Of a stretch of DNA of 64,000 bases, positions 1 through 9,334 are shown one piece after another; within the stretch, counting starts at the first letter, position 1, and each line of letters begins with the position of its first letter. A model generated the notes under the pieces. The model made no database searches. It saw only the letters and a list, made by a program, of their open reading frames with translations, and had not been told where the DNA came from. The translations under genes and the position numbers were made by a program. The DNA comes from Promethearchaeota archaeon (GTDB lineage: Archaea; Asgardarchaeota; Lokiarchaeia; Sigyniarchaeales; SOKP01). The stretch is taken from assembly GCA_048939015.1 (NCBI GenBank), contig JBHLPW010000007.1, positions 1-64,000 on the forward strand, written 5' to 3'.

Positions 1-1086
1 AATAGATTGGATATTGACTTTTACACGCACAATTTTTTTCATATTTTTAAAGGCACACCAATTTATGATAATTATATGAAGTTTGGCTATGAAGTTAGTC
101 ATATGGGTGAGAAAAACAAGGTGCATATACAAAACAATTTTCCTTTTGATATATATAAGGTACCAATGCACCCCAAATGCGCTAGAATAGAAATAAACGA
201 GATAGCTGATTATAATAGTCTAAAAATTTTATCATTATTTACCACAAGAACAAATGAGAAAAGCTTTTTTAATAACCTTATTCTTATTTCTGATGTCATT
301 AAGCCTTCACTTGTAAAATGGATGCAAAAAAATTTAGCTCTAAATGGAGTGATTGTACAAGTATATTCGAATAAAAAGAATTTTCTTGAATTTCATAAGA
401 AAAACAAACAAACCTTATATAATGAGTATTCACCAACATTAAATTATGAATCATATTATTTGGAACACCATAATAATACTTCTCTTTTAAAACCTGGAAG
501 AATTGCTTTATTTAATCAACAGATTGGTTTAAATTTAACTTTAAAAAATACAAATCAAGTCTTAGAAGATCATTCCAAAGGTTATGATGATGTTCATTAT
601 TCAATTGGAATAGATAATACTCCATTCGACACTAAAGCACTTTATAAACATTTAATTAAACTTTCAAATAGAAAAGATATTTATAATTACCTCTTCAATA
701 TTAATCCTTTACCTCAATTCCAACAATTATGTCGTTGGACGAAGAATCAAGCAAATTGTTTAACGTTAGAATCTGTTATTATCGGAAATGATGATTCTAT
801 TAGAATCTGTTGGAATTCAGATCCTATTGCACAACTTGGAAGTTCTTTTAGTGATATAAAACTACGTTTAGAACATCTAAAAGAAAAAAGTGTTGAAAAA
901 AGACAATGTTTTAATTGCAGAGAAGAAGAAAAATGTGTTAAATGTATATTTCCATATCCTTTATCCATCAGACAGTATTGCGAGTATAAAAAGAGTTGTG
1001 AAACAACTGAAGCTTCTGAATATATTAATAGATTTAATGTGTTAAAAGATTTTTTATTCAAACCACTAAATCCTTTTGAGTGGTAA
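1..1086 (+). CDS. 5'-truncated protein with C-terminal SPASM-like Cys cluster (probably a radical SAM family C-terminus)
   Basis: Frame is open from base 1. C-terminal C...IGNDDSIRIC...CFNCREEEKCVKC...YC resembles a SPASM Fe-S domain. The rSAM CxxxCxxC motif is not in the window. Confidence 0.5.
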   Translation, partial: NRLDIDFYTHNFFHIFKGTPIYDNYMKFGYEVSHMGEKNKVHIQNNFPFDIYKVPMHPKCARIEINEIADYNSLKILSLFTTRTNEKSFFNNLILISDVIKPSLVKWMQKNLALNGVIVQVYSNKKNFLEFHKKNKQTLYNEYSPTLNYESYYLEHHNNTSLLKPGRIALFNQQIGLNLTLKNTNQVLEDHSKGYDDVHYSIGIDNTPFDTKALYKHLIKLSNRKDIYNYLFNINPLPQFQQLCRWTKNQANCLTLESVIIGNDDSIRICWNSDPIAQLGSSFSDIKLRLEHLKEKSVEKRQCFNCREEEKCVKCIFPYPLSIRQYCEYKKSCETTEASEYINRFNVLKDFLFKPLNPFEW

Positions 1087-1211
1087 ATTAATTAAATAGA
1101 AAAGAGAGCTTTTAGTAAGTCTTTTAAGCATAATTTTCTTTTTTTTAATGGAAAGTCCTATCGAAAAGTAGTTACCTCCAATATTTCAAATCAAAAACGG
1201 AGAAATATCTT

Positions 1212-3278
1212 TTGCTTGAGTCAACATCTAGAGAATTATGGAACATAGAGCATTTGATACAACAAGCTAAATTTGAAAAAGCGCTTGAACTAATTGGAAT
1301 GCTTGAGACGAGTGAGACTAGTTCTCCTAAAGATCAATTATCCCTATATATTTTGAAAGGAAGAATATTTTGTTATAAAGAACAATATAAGCAAGCTGTA
1401 AAAGTTGGGGAAGAAGCTTATCATTTAAGTCAAAAACTAGGTTCTATACCTCATTCTATTGAATCACTCCTTATCACAGCTTATACCGCCTATCTTGGTA
1501 ATATAGAGCAAGCTTATAATAAAGTTGAAGAAGCTGAAAAATTTATAAAATTAGTTTCCAAAGATGCTGATGGAGATGTTTCAAAATTCGAAGCAGATTT
1601 ATTAATCATAAAAATGGTTGTTTATCACAATAGAGCTGATCATACTAAAGCATCTCAGTTAGCAAACGAATGGTTATCTTTACGAGCGAATACAGGCGAA
1701 AAACTTGAGCTTTCCCGCGTTTATAACTTATTAGTAGATATAAACTTGCTGCTAAACAACCCTAATACCGCTTTAGATTACGCACTTAAGAGTTTGAAAT
1801 TACAAAAAGAATTAGAAAATCCAATAGGAATCGCTACAAGCTTTAATTTAGTTGGAACTTGCTATTTTCGTAAGGGTGATTTTGATCAAGCTTTAAAATT
1901 TTGTAAGCAAAGCTTAATTTCAAAAGAAATTAGTATTTCAACCAAAATATTAGCATTACATCTTTTAGGTGCAATATATAAAGAGAAAGGTTATATAGAT
2001 AGAACTTTGAGATATTATAGCCGTGCAGCAAAACTTGCTGAAGAAGAGGAATATATAGAAGATTTTATAGAAAATACAGTGGGAATTGGTGCTACTTATA
2101 GAATGAAAAGAAATTTTGATCGAGCGGTAAAATATCTCAAACAAAGTTTAACTCTTTCTGAAAAATTTAATAATTCATATGGAATGAGTTCCTCACTTTT
2201 CTATTTGATTCTCATATATTTAGATAAGGATTATCTTGAAAAAGCTCATTCATACATGGAACAACTGGAAGAATTCGCAAAAAATCATGAAAGCAATGTA
2301 TTTAACCAATTAAATATGATAGCAAAAGCTCTCGTCTTGAAAAGAGGTGGAAGAATAAGAAATATTACTGAAGCTGAAGACTTATTAATAGAAATCGTAA
2401 AAGATGAATACGCTATTCCTCAATTATCCCTTCTAGCAATAGTCAATCTCTGCGATCTATATTTAGAAGAACTAGCTATTACAAACAATATTGAAATTTT
2501 GGAAGATATATATCCTCTCATCTCTAGAATATTTAAAATAGCGGAAAAACAAAACTCATATTTATGGTTAACTGAGACCAAATTATTACAGGCTAAAATG
2601 GCATTAATTAGAATGGATATCGAGGAAGCAGAACTTTCATTAACACAAGCACAACAAATTGCAGAATTGCATGGACTTGATTTATTAGCTATAAAAATTT
2701 CTCTCGATCATGACAATCTTCTAGAACAATTAAATGAGTGGAATAATCTTAAAAACACAAATGCTCCAATATCAGAACGGATAAAACTTGCTTCCTTTGA
2801 AGGGGTTATAAATCGTATGAAGGGAAAAAGTGCCATAGAAACTACTAAATTAACTCATGAAGCACCGATATTACTTTTAATTATTGCAGAAGGCGGACTT
2901 CCCCTTTTTTCAAATCCATTTTTAGAGGATTGGCAATTTGAAGATGATTTAATAAGTGGATTTCTAACAGCTTTTAATACTTTTACCGGAGAACTCTTTG
3001 AAAAAAAACTTGACAGGGCTAAATTTGGTGAATATACTATTCTTATGCACCCTGCGGGCTCATTCTCAATATGTTATTTATTCAAGGGTCAAACTTATCT
3101 TGCTAAACGAAAATTAGCCCAATTCGTTGAAGAGATACAAAAAACGACCCCCATCTGGAAATCTATGAATGACTTTTATAAAAATAATAGGATACTTGAA
3201 TTATCAGAACATCCTTTACTTGAAACTCTAATAAATCAAATTTTCTTAGATAAAATACCTGATTATATGGTTGAATAA
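1212..3278 (+). CDS. TPR-repeat protein with C-terminal longin-like domain
   Basis: Many TPR helices (e.g. IATSFNLVGTCYFRKGDFDQALKF). C-terminal PILLLIIAEGGLPLFS...LISGFLTAF...YTILM...SICYLF pattern fits a longin/sensor fold. TTG start. Confidence 0.75.
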   Translation: MLESTSRELWNIEHLIQQAKFEKALELIGMLETSETSSPKDQLSLYILKGRIFCYKEQYKQAVKVGEEAYHLSQKLGSIPHSIESLLITAYTAYLGNIEQAYNKVEEAEKFIKLVSKDADGDVSKFEADLLIIKMVVYHNRADHTKASQLANEWLSLRANTGEKLELSRVYNLLVDINLLLNNPNTALDYALKSLKLQKELENPIGIATSFNLVGTCYFRKGDFDQALKFCKQSLISKEISISTKILALHLLGAIYKEKGYIDRTLRYYSRAAKLAEEEEYIEDFIENTVGIGATYRMKRNFDRAVKYLKQSLTLSEKFNNSYGMSSSLFYLILIYLDKDYLEKAHSYMEQLEEFAKNHESNVFNQLNMIAKALVLKRGGRIRNITEAEDLLIEIVKDEYAIPQLSLLAIVNLCDLYLEELAITNNIEILEDIYPLISRIFKIAEKQNSYLWLTETKLLQAKMALIRMDIEEAELSLTQAQQIAELHGLDLLAIKISLDHDNLLEQLNEWNNLKNTNAPISERIKLASFEGVINRMKGKSAIETTKLTHEAPILLLIIAEGGLPLFSNPFLEDWQFEDDLISGFLTAFNTFTGELFEKKLDRAKFGEYTILMHPAGSFSICYLFKGQTYLAKRKLAQFVEEIQKTTPIWKSMNDFYKNNRILELSEHPLLETLINQIFLDKIPDYMVE

Positions 3279-3302
3279 ACAAAATTTCCTAAAAATAATG
3301 TC

Positions 3303-5225
3303 TCAGAATTCAGCTTCCAGTTGTTCTATCTCTGCAAGGAATAGAGTAGCAATTGTGCTCCATTTAGTTTTTGTTTCTTGATCAATTGAGGATTCCTCTG
3401 TGGCTTTTAATCCTTTTTGGAAATATTCTTTCGCTAAATCATAATTTTCTAATTCTTTATAACAGATTCCTAGTTTAATATAAGTTTGGTACACGTACCA
3501 ATCATTACTGCTTATTTCTATGGATTTTTCAAATTCTTTAATAGCACTCTTATAATCAGTGAAGTACATCAGAATCTCTCCGTAAGTATCGAGGTAAGAA
3601 GCGTTATCTGGCTCTGATTTTATGAGATTTTGGATAATAGTTAAGGAATCTTTCTTCCGATTTAGATATTGTAACCAGAAAGCCTTATAGTTAAGGAGAT
3701 CCTTACTATTTGGATATTTTTCAAGTAAAGTCTCGATGATTTCTAGCCCTGTTTCAACTTTCTTCATTTCTTTAAGAACATATGCTCTCTTTATTTGGAT
3801 ATTTATTTCTTCCTTAGGAAATTTATTGAGCATATCATCTAGAACCATTAAGCCCTCCCGATATTCACCAATATCAATAAGAATTCTGCTTTTTGAATAA
3901 TATAAGTTAGTATTCTTAGGATGAATTTTAATCGCTTTGTCAATTTCCATAAGAGTATTCCTTGCCTCACTTGGTTTAACTGGATAATTAATTTCAACTA
4001 GATCAAAAAATTTCTGTTGGATCTCATGCCAAATCAAACCTTCTAATTTATCATACGTATCGAGTAATTTCCTCTCTCTTTCAATTTTATAAGCTAAATA
4101 GTTGATGTAATCGGGTAAAAAATCTCTTAATGATTCTCTAAAGCCATTATCAAAAAGATTACCACAAATTTCATCCAAAATAGCTGTTACTGTGCTTTCC
4201 ATTGTTAAAGGGGAAGTGCTTCCTGGAGTCTCTTCATATAAATTATTTAAATATGAATATCTAGTTATATGATTTTCAACAACAGCATTAAGCATTCTCT
4301 CAATTTTATCATTTACTTGAAAATAATAAAGCTTCTCCCCACCTACATTTAATTTGAAAAATTTTATGGGAAAGATGCTTTCTTCTACAATTCTAAGAAT
4401 AACAAAATTCAGCTTAACGATATTTATATCATACTTTTTAGAAAATTCTTCAGGAGATATAAATTGAGGAAATTGATTCGGATGATTTATAGAAAGATAT
4501 AGCAGGATTTTATCATACTCCTCTTCATCATCTAAAGTAGATTCAACTTTTTCATATGGTAATTTTAATTTATTATTTAAAAACCTGAATTTAATGTTAT
4601 CATCTTTTATTTTATATTGCTTAAAAAAGCTAATTGTCTTTTTAGTGATATCTTTAATCCGTTTACCCTCTTCTTCTAAGAGTGATTGTCGGTCTAAATC
4701 ATACAACCTTAATATATTCGAATATTCAGTCTTCCCTAATCTTGTTATCCTATATTCTTTATCCTCCTTTTTAACAAACTCATTATCCATTAATGAATTT
4801 AAATTCTTAGAGAGAGAAGATTGATTTATTGAAAGAGGTGGTTCAAGAAAATCTGACCATTTACAATAGTTATTGTTATATAACATCCACAAAATCCAGT
4901 GATCGTAGTTCCTTCTTCTTAATATTGCATCTGGTGGATAGCTTAATTTTCGTTTTTTCTGCCTTGCTTCAGACAATTCATAATATCTGTCCTTGCCTCT
5001 CGTAGTGATTTTATATTCGTTAAATGCGCTTTTTTCAATATAACTCTTATCTTTAAGTTTGTTTAAGTAAATTGATAAGGTTGAATGTTTAACTTTTTCT
5101 TTCAGATTTGCCCAAGAGCAAACTTCATTATTATTCAATATCCATAGTATAATAAATTCGTAATTAGGCTTCCCAAAAATAGGTTTTATTATTTCCTCAG
5201 GAGGATAATTACATGTAGTAACCAT
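3303..5225 (-). CDS. Tandem winged-HTH protein with C-terminal TPRs (putative transcription regulator)
   Basis: Two internal repeats NY(E/D)xxILW(I/M)LxNN..C.W....S(T/S)LS..L..L......YxITxxG. TPRs at the C-terminus (ASYLDTYGEILMY). GAGGTG SD upstream. Confidence 0.75.
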   Translation of the reverse strand: MVTTCNYPPEEIIKPIFGKPNYEFIILWILNNNEVCSWANLKEKVKHSTLSIYLNKLKDKSYIEKSAFNEYKITTRGKDRYYELSEARQKKRKLSYPPDAILRRRNYDHWILWMLYNNNYCKWSDFLEPPLSINQSSLSKNLNSLMDNEFVKKEDKEYRITRLGKTEYSNILRLYDLDRQSLLEEEGKRIKDITKKTISFFKQYKIKDDNIKFRFLNNKLKLPYEKVESTLDDEEEYDKILLYLSINHPNQFPQFISPEEFSKKYDINIVKLNFVILRIVEESIFPIKFFKLNVGGEKLYYFQVNDKIERMLNAVVENHITRYSYLNNLYEETPGSTSPLTMESTVTAILDEICGNLFDNGFRESLRDFLPDYINYLAYKIERERKLLDTYDKLEGLIWHEIQQKFFDLVEINYPVKPSEARNTLMEIDKAIKIHPKNTNLYYSKSRILIDIGEYREGLMVLDDMLNKFPKEEINIQIKRAYVLKEMKKVETGLEIIETLLEKYPNSKDLLNYKAFWLQYLNRKKDSLTIIQNLIKSEPDNASYLDTYGEILMYFTDYKSAIKEFEKSIEISSNDWYVYQTYIKLGICYKELENYDLAKEYFQKGLKATEESSIDQETKTKWSTIATLFLAEIEQLEAEF

Positions 5226-5490
5226 AAATAGGACACCTCATTGATCTTTCTTTATAATAGAAAATATTTCTGGAGTCTATTTATGCTTTACGGTCCATAG
5301 TCAGTCCAAGACTCTATTTAGACTTCATCAAGTCAGACAAATAATGCAATTTAGATCGATAAAAATTTTCCAATGCTAGTCATATGTTTTTAAATTAATT
5401 TATTGACGAATAAGGATAACTTTTATATCTTTCTAAATCTAATCTTACATTATATATTATTCTCGATTTTTTTTTCTACAAAGCGCTCGT

Positions 5491-6036
5491 ATGAATGAAT
5501 CAGCATCAAAATTTAGATTTAAAATTACCGTTATAGGGGATGGCCAGGTCGGAAAAACTTCCCTAATTAGAAAATTTACTGAGGGGTCCTTTCAGAAAGA
5601 GTATATCAAGACAATCGGTGCTCAATTTTCAATATATGATAAAAAAATAAACAATGATAAAATCAGATTATTGTTTTGGGATATTGCTGGTCAAGATAAT
5701 TTTAATTTTGCACGACCTTCTTTTTTTAAAAATAGTAACGCTGCTATAATAGTATATAGTCTTGAAGAAAATAGTTTAGGTAAGGAGAGCTACAATCATA
5801 TTACAGATTGGTATAATGATATCATAAAATTCTGCGGAGATGTTCCTATTGTTCTATTCGCCAATAAAGTTGATTTGATAGATGGAAATAAATTGGATAA
5901 AAATAGACTCCAAAAAATAGTCAATGAATGCAACTTCTTTGGGTATTTTATAACATCAGCAAAAACAGGTAATGGCGTTATTGAAGCGTTTAATGCTATT
6001 ATTAATGAATTATATCATAAATTCAAGAGTCTTTAG
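5491..6036 (+). CDS. Ras-superfamily (Rab-like) small GTPase, paralog 1
   Basis: G1 GDGQVGKT, G2 TIG, G3 WDIAGQ, G4 NKVD, G5 TSAK. No C-terminal Cys prenylation motif. Confidence 0.95.
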   Translation: MNESASKFRFKITVIGDGQVGKTSLIRKFTEGSFQKEYIKTIGAQFSIYDKKINNDKIRLLFWDIAGQDNFNFARPSFFKNSNAAIIVYSLEENSLGKESYNHITDWYNDIIKFCGDVPIVLFANKVDLIDGNKLDKNRLQKIVNECNFFGYFITSAKTGNGVIEAFNAIINELYHKFKSL

Positions 6037-6182
6037 GATTATGTAGCGTTCTTACTTAAAAATCCAAAAATAGTCCAAGATTTCGTATAAAGTTTCATAC
6101 TGTAACCTATATATGAAATATAGATAATATAAAACATGGAGGTAAGGGCGGAATCACCAGCAGGGAGAGAATTATAGCAAAT

Positions 6183-6236
6183 AGTAGACGGAGAGCTCGT
6201 TTGTCAAAATTGGACAACTCGAGCTCTCTACTTTTT
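6183..6236 (+). terminator. GC-rich hairpin followed by T-tract (terminator-like, or 3' end of a small RNA)
   Basis: GAGAGCTCG (6191-6199) / CGAGCTCTC (6220-6228), TTGTC/GACAA, AGTA/TACT, then TTTTT. Confidence 0.55.
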
Positions 6237-6362
6237 GTATATTATAGAGTCAATCAAATTTTGTGTTGAAATTTGTTAAAACCAAAAAAAACTTTTATAT
6301 TTATAAAAAACTAATCTTATTTTAAGCAAACATCCCAAATTATATTCTAAGGAGATAAACAA

Positions 6363-6914
6363 ATGTCTAATTCAGGCTCAAAATTCAGATTCAAAATCAC
6401 CCTAGTTGGCGATGGACGTGTAGGAAAAACAACATTAATCCAAAAATTTACAAAGGGAGAATTTGTTGAGGAATATATCAAAACAATTGGAGCTCAATTC
6501 TCAATATATGATACGGAAATAGAAGGTGATAAAATTAAATTGATGTTCTGGGATATTGCAGGTCAAGATGATTTTAATTTTGCTCGACCCTCTTTTTTTA
6601 AAAATAGTAATGCTGCTATAATAGTATATAGTCTTGAAGAAAATAGTATGGGTGAGGATAGCTACAATCACATCTCGGATTGGAACGACGATATTAAACA
6701 CTTTTGTGGGGATATTCCTGTTGTTGTATTTGCAAATAAAGTTGATTTAGTGGATGAGAATGATTTAAATAAATCTAAACTTCAAGATTTGGTTGATGCT
6801 AATAATTTACTAGGGTACTATATCACATCTGCCAAAACTGGTCAAGGAGTTATTGATGCTTTTAATGCAATTATTAGTGATATTTATTATGCTCTCAAGG
6901 CACTCTCTTCATAA
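6363..6914 (+). CDS. Ras-superfamily (Rab-like) small GTPase, paralog 2 (tandem duplicate)
   Basis: GDGRVGKT, WDIAGQ, NKVD, TSAK. Highly similar to 5491-6036. AAGGAG SD. Confidence 0.95.
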   Translation: MSNSGSKFRFKITLVGDGRVGKTTLIQKFTKGEFVEEYIKTIGAQFSIYDTEIEGDKIKLMFWDIAGQDDFNFARPSFFKNSNAAIIVYSLEENSMGEDSYNHISDWNDDIKHFCGDIPVVVFANKVDLVDENDLNKSKLQDLVDANNLLGYYITSAKTGQGVIDAFNAIISDIYYALKALSS

Positions 6915-7051
6915 TTACCAAGAAGAAGTCTGTAATGACTTTTATTCTATGAAAAAAAAAATTCTGTTTTTATAACTAAGGAGTTTAATTTATAACGAAT
7001 TTTCTATTACTAATATTGTATTTACTTTAAATATAAAGTGTTTATTAAGAG

Positions 7052-8590
7052 TTGATTAAAATTCGCACATATGAACAATATGTTGAAGATCTTAAAAAAA
7101 TGAAACCGAATATCTATATCGGTGATGAAAAGGTTGGTAGGAATGATCCTCGACTCCAAGGAGGAATGCACATTATAAAAGAAACTTTTGACCATGTTAA
7201 TGAACCAGAATATGAAGACTTATGTACTGCTACATCACATTTAACTGGTAAAAAAATCAATCGTTTCTGTCATATACACCAGAGTGAAGAAGATCTTTTA
7301 AATAAACAGAAAATGACACGAGTTCTATGCCATCGTGTTGGAGGGTGTATTCAGAGATGTATGGGTATTGATGCAATGAATGCACTCTCAGTCATTACAT
7401 ATGAATTGGACCAAGCTTTAGGAACAGACCATTATAAAAGATTTTTGAAATATCTAGAGTATTTTCAAGAAAAGGATATAGTAGCTAGCTGTGCTCAAAC
7501 TGATACTAAAGGAGATCGTTTAAAGAGACCACATCAACAAGAAGACCTTGATCAATATTTAAGAGTCATTGAAACAAGAGAAGATGGTATTATTGTTAGA
7601 GGATGTAAAATTAATATTACTAATACTCCTTACGCTGATGAGTTTATTGTTGTTCCATGCAGGTATATGGGTCCTGAAGATAAAGATTATGCTGTAGCAT
7701 TTGCGTTACCAGCTGACTGGGATGGTGTTAAATTGCTGACAAGACCCGCGTATTATAGAAAAAGCGAACATATGGATGCAGTGGGATTACACTTTGGGGA
7801 TGCCGAAACATTCATTATTTTTGATGATGTATTTGTTCCCAATGAAAGAGTTTTTCTAAATGGTAATGGTGATCCCCGACAAACTCCATATGCGGGATTT
7901 TTAGCTCTAATGTTTGCTCACTATCATCGTCATTCATATACAGGTTGTAAACCTGCAGTATCGGAAATTATTGCTTCTGCATCTGCCTTAGTTGCAGAAT
8001 ATAATGGCATTGAAAAAGCTTCTCATGTTCAAGATAAATTATCTCATATTATAGGAATTGCTGAACTGGTTTTTGCAGCAGGTGAATCAAGTGCAAAACA
8101 CTCAGAAAAAAGTCCTTCGGGTACACAGATTCCAGACGAGGTCTTGACTAATGCTGGTCGTAGACTTGCAGGAGAGAATATATATGAAGAGTATAAAATT
8201 TTGGCAGATTTATCTGGAGGATTAATAGCTACATTACCTTATGAAGGAACTTTCTTCTCTGAGGAGGTTGGAGATTTGGCTATGAAATATCTTAAGAGAA
8301 ATCCTAGAGTTAAACCCGAAAACATTTATCGTTGTTTTCGTGGTATTGAAAGTATGGTCGTCTCCGATTTAGCAGGGGTAATGCAGGTTGCTGGGTTACA
8401 CGGTGGTGGAAGCCCACAAATGGAAACTATTACTATGATGATGCGTTATGATACAGAAAGACTTAAAGATATATCTAAATACCTCTTTGGGATCAAATCA
8501 AAATTAAAAAAGTACGAACGACCTACCGTTACACCACGTAAAATGCTTGAGAAATTTAGAGTTGCTCTGCAACGGAAAAATAAGGAATAG
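7052..8590 (+). CDS. abfD: 4-hydroxybutyryl-CoA dehydratase / vinylacetyl-CoA isomerase (HpaB/AbfD family)
   Basis: Fe-S ligand motifs CIQRCMGIDA and HYHRHSYTGCK; QTDTKGDR; C-terminal LHGGGSPQ. Confidence 0.8.
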   Translation: MIKIRTYEQYVEDLKKMKPNIYIGDEKVGRNDPRLQGGMHIIKETFDHVNEPEYEDLCTATSHLTGKKINRFCHIHQSEEDLLNKQKMTRVLCHRVGGCIQRCMGIDAMNALSVITYELDQALGTDHYKRFLKYLEYFQEKDIVASCAQTDTKGDRLKRPHQQEDLDQYLRVIETREDGIIVRGCKINITNTPYADEFIVVPCRYMGPEDKDYAVAFALPADWDGVKLLTRPAYYRKSEHMDAVGLHFGDAETFIIFDDVFVPNERVFLNGNGDPRQTPYAGFLALMFAHYHRHSYTGCKPAVSEIIASASALVAEYNGIEKASHVQDKLSHIIGIAELVFAAGESSAKHSEKSPSGTQIPDEVLTNAGRRLAGENIYEEYKILADLSGGLIATLPYEGTFFSEEVGDLAMKYLKRNPRVKPENIYRCFRGIESMVVSDLAGVMQVAGLHGGGSPQMETITMMMRYDTERLKDISKYLFGIKSKLKKYERPTVTPRKMLEKFRVALQRKNKE

Positions 8591-8748
8591 ATTTACTTTT
8601 TTATTTTTATTTATTTTTAATATTAAGAGAACCTTACTTTTCAACAAATTTTTATTCTTATAATCTCAATATGTTGATTTAAGTGAAAATCTTGACAATA
8701 GATCAACTATAAACTGAATTTTTTAAATTTAAATAGATTAAACTCAGT

Positions 8749-9315
8749 ATGTATATGGCTAAATTAGATCAGAGATTTTCTCCATATCAGATGCCTTGTG
8801 CGATAATTGGGACAATCATAAATGAAAAACCAAATTTTATGATATGTACATGGGTAAGTCGAGTAAATAGGAATCCTCCTCTCTGGATAGCTTCTATTAA
8901 CAAGAAACATTTTACTATAATTGGAATCAAAGAAAGTAATTTATTTAGCATTAATTTTCCATCAGCAGATTTAATAGATAAAGTAGATTATATAGGACTC
9001 ACTTCAGGAAGAGATATAGATAAATCTACGTTATTTGAGATATCTTATGGAGATTTAAATGTTCCATTGATCAAGGAGTGTCCAATATCTATTGAACTAA
9101 AAGTCAAAAAGCTAATTGAACTATCTGATCATTATATAGTTTTAGGAAGAGCTATAAATTCTTATATTGAGGAAAAATATCAAACAAATGGAGTTCCCGA
9201 TATAAAGAAGATGAACCCCGTTATATATACTGGCGTTGAAAGAAATCCAACTTATTGGTTGTTAGGTAAGAAATTAGGAGATGCTTTTAAGTTAGGAAAG
9301 GAGTATAAAAATTAA
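8749..9315 (+). CDS. Flavin reductase / flavoredoxin family protein
   Basis: PNFM..TW, FSINFP, GLTSGRDIDK, PLIKECP..IE, H..VLG. Confidence 0.9.
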   Translation: MYMAKLDQRFSPYQMPCAIIGTIINEKPNFMICTWVSRVNRNPPLWIASINKKHFTIIGIKESNLFSINFPSADLIDKVDYIGLTSGRDIDKSTLFEISYGDLNVPLIKECPISIELKVKKLIELSDHYIVLGRAINSYIEEKYQTNGVPDIKKMNPVIYTGVERNPTYWLLGKKLGDAFKLGKEYKN

Positions 9316-9334
9316 TGATATGACAATTATTTAC

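Noticed and set aside
7052-8590. abfD as evidence for an autotrophic 4-hydroxybutyrate cycle, or as HpaB monooxygenase with the adjacent flavin reductase
   Set aside because: The Fe-S ligands favour the dehydratase over HpaB. No other cycle genes are nearby, and AbfD also serves fermentative routes.
8673-8707. Inverted repeat GTTGATTTA/TAGATCAAC upstream of the flavin reductase
   Set aside because: Single, imperfect and in AT-rich DNA; cannot be distinguished from chance or a simple terminator.
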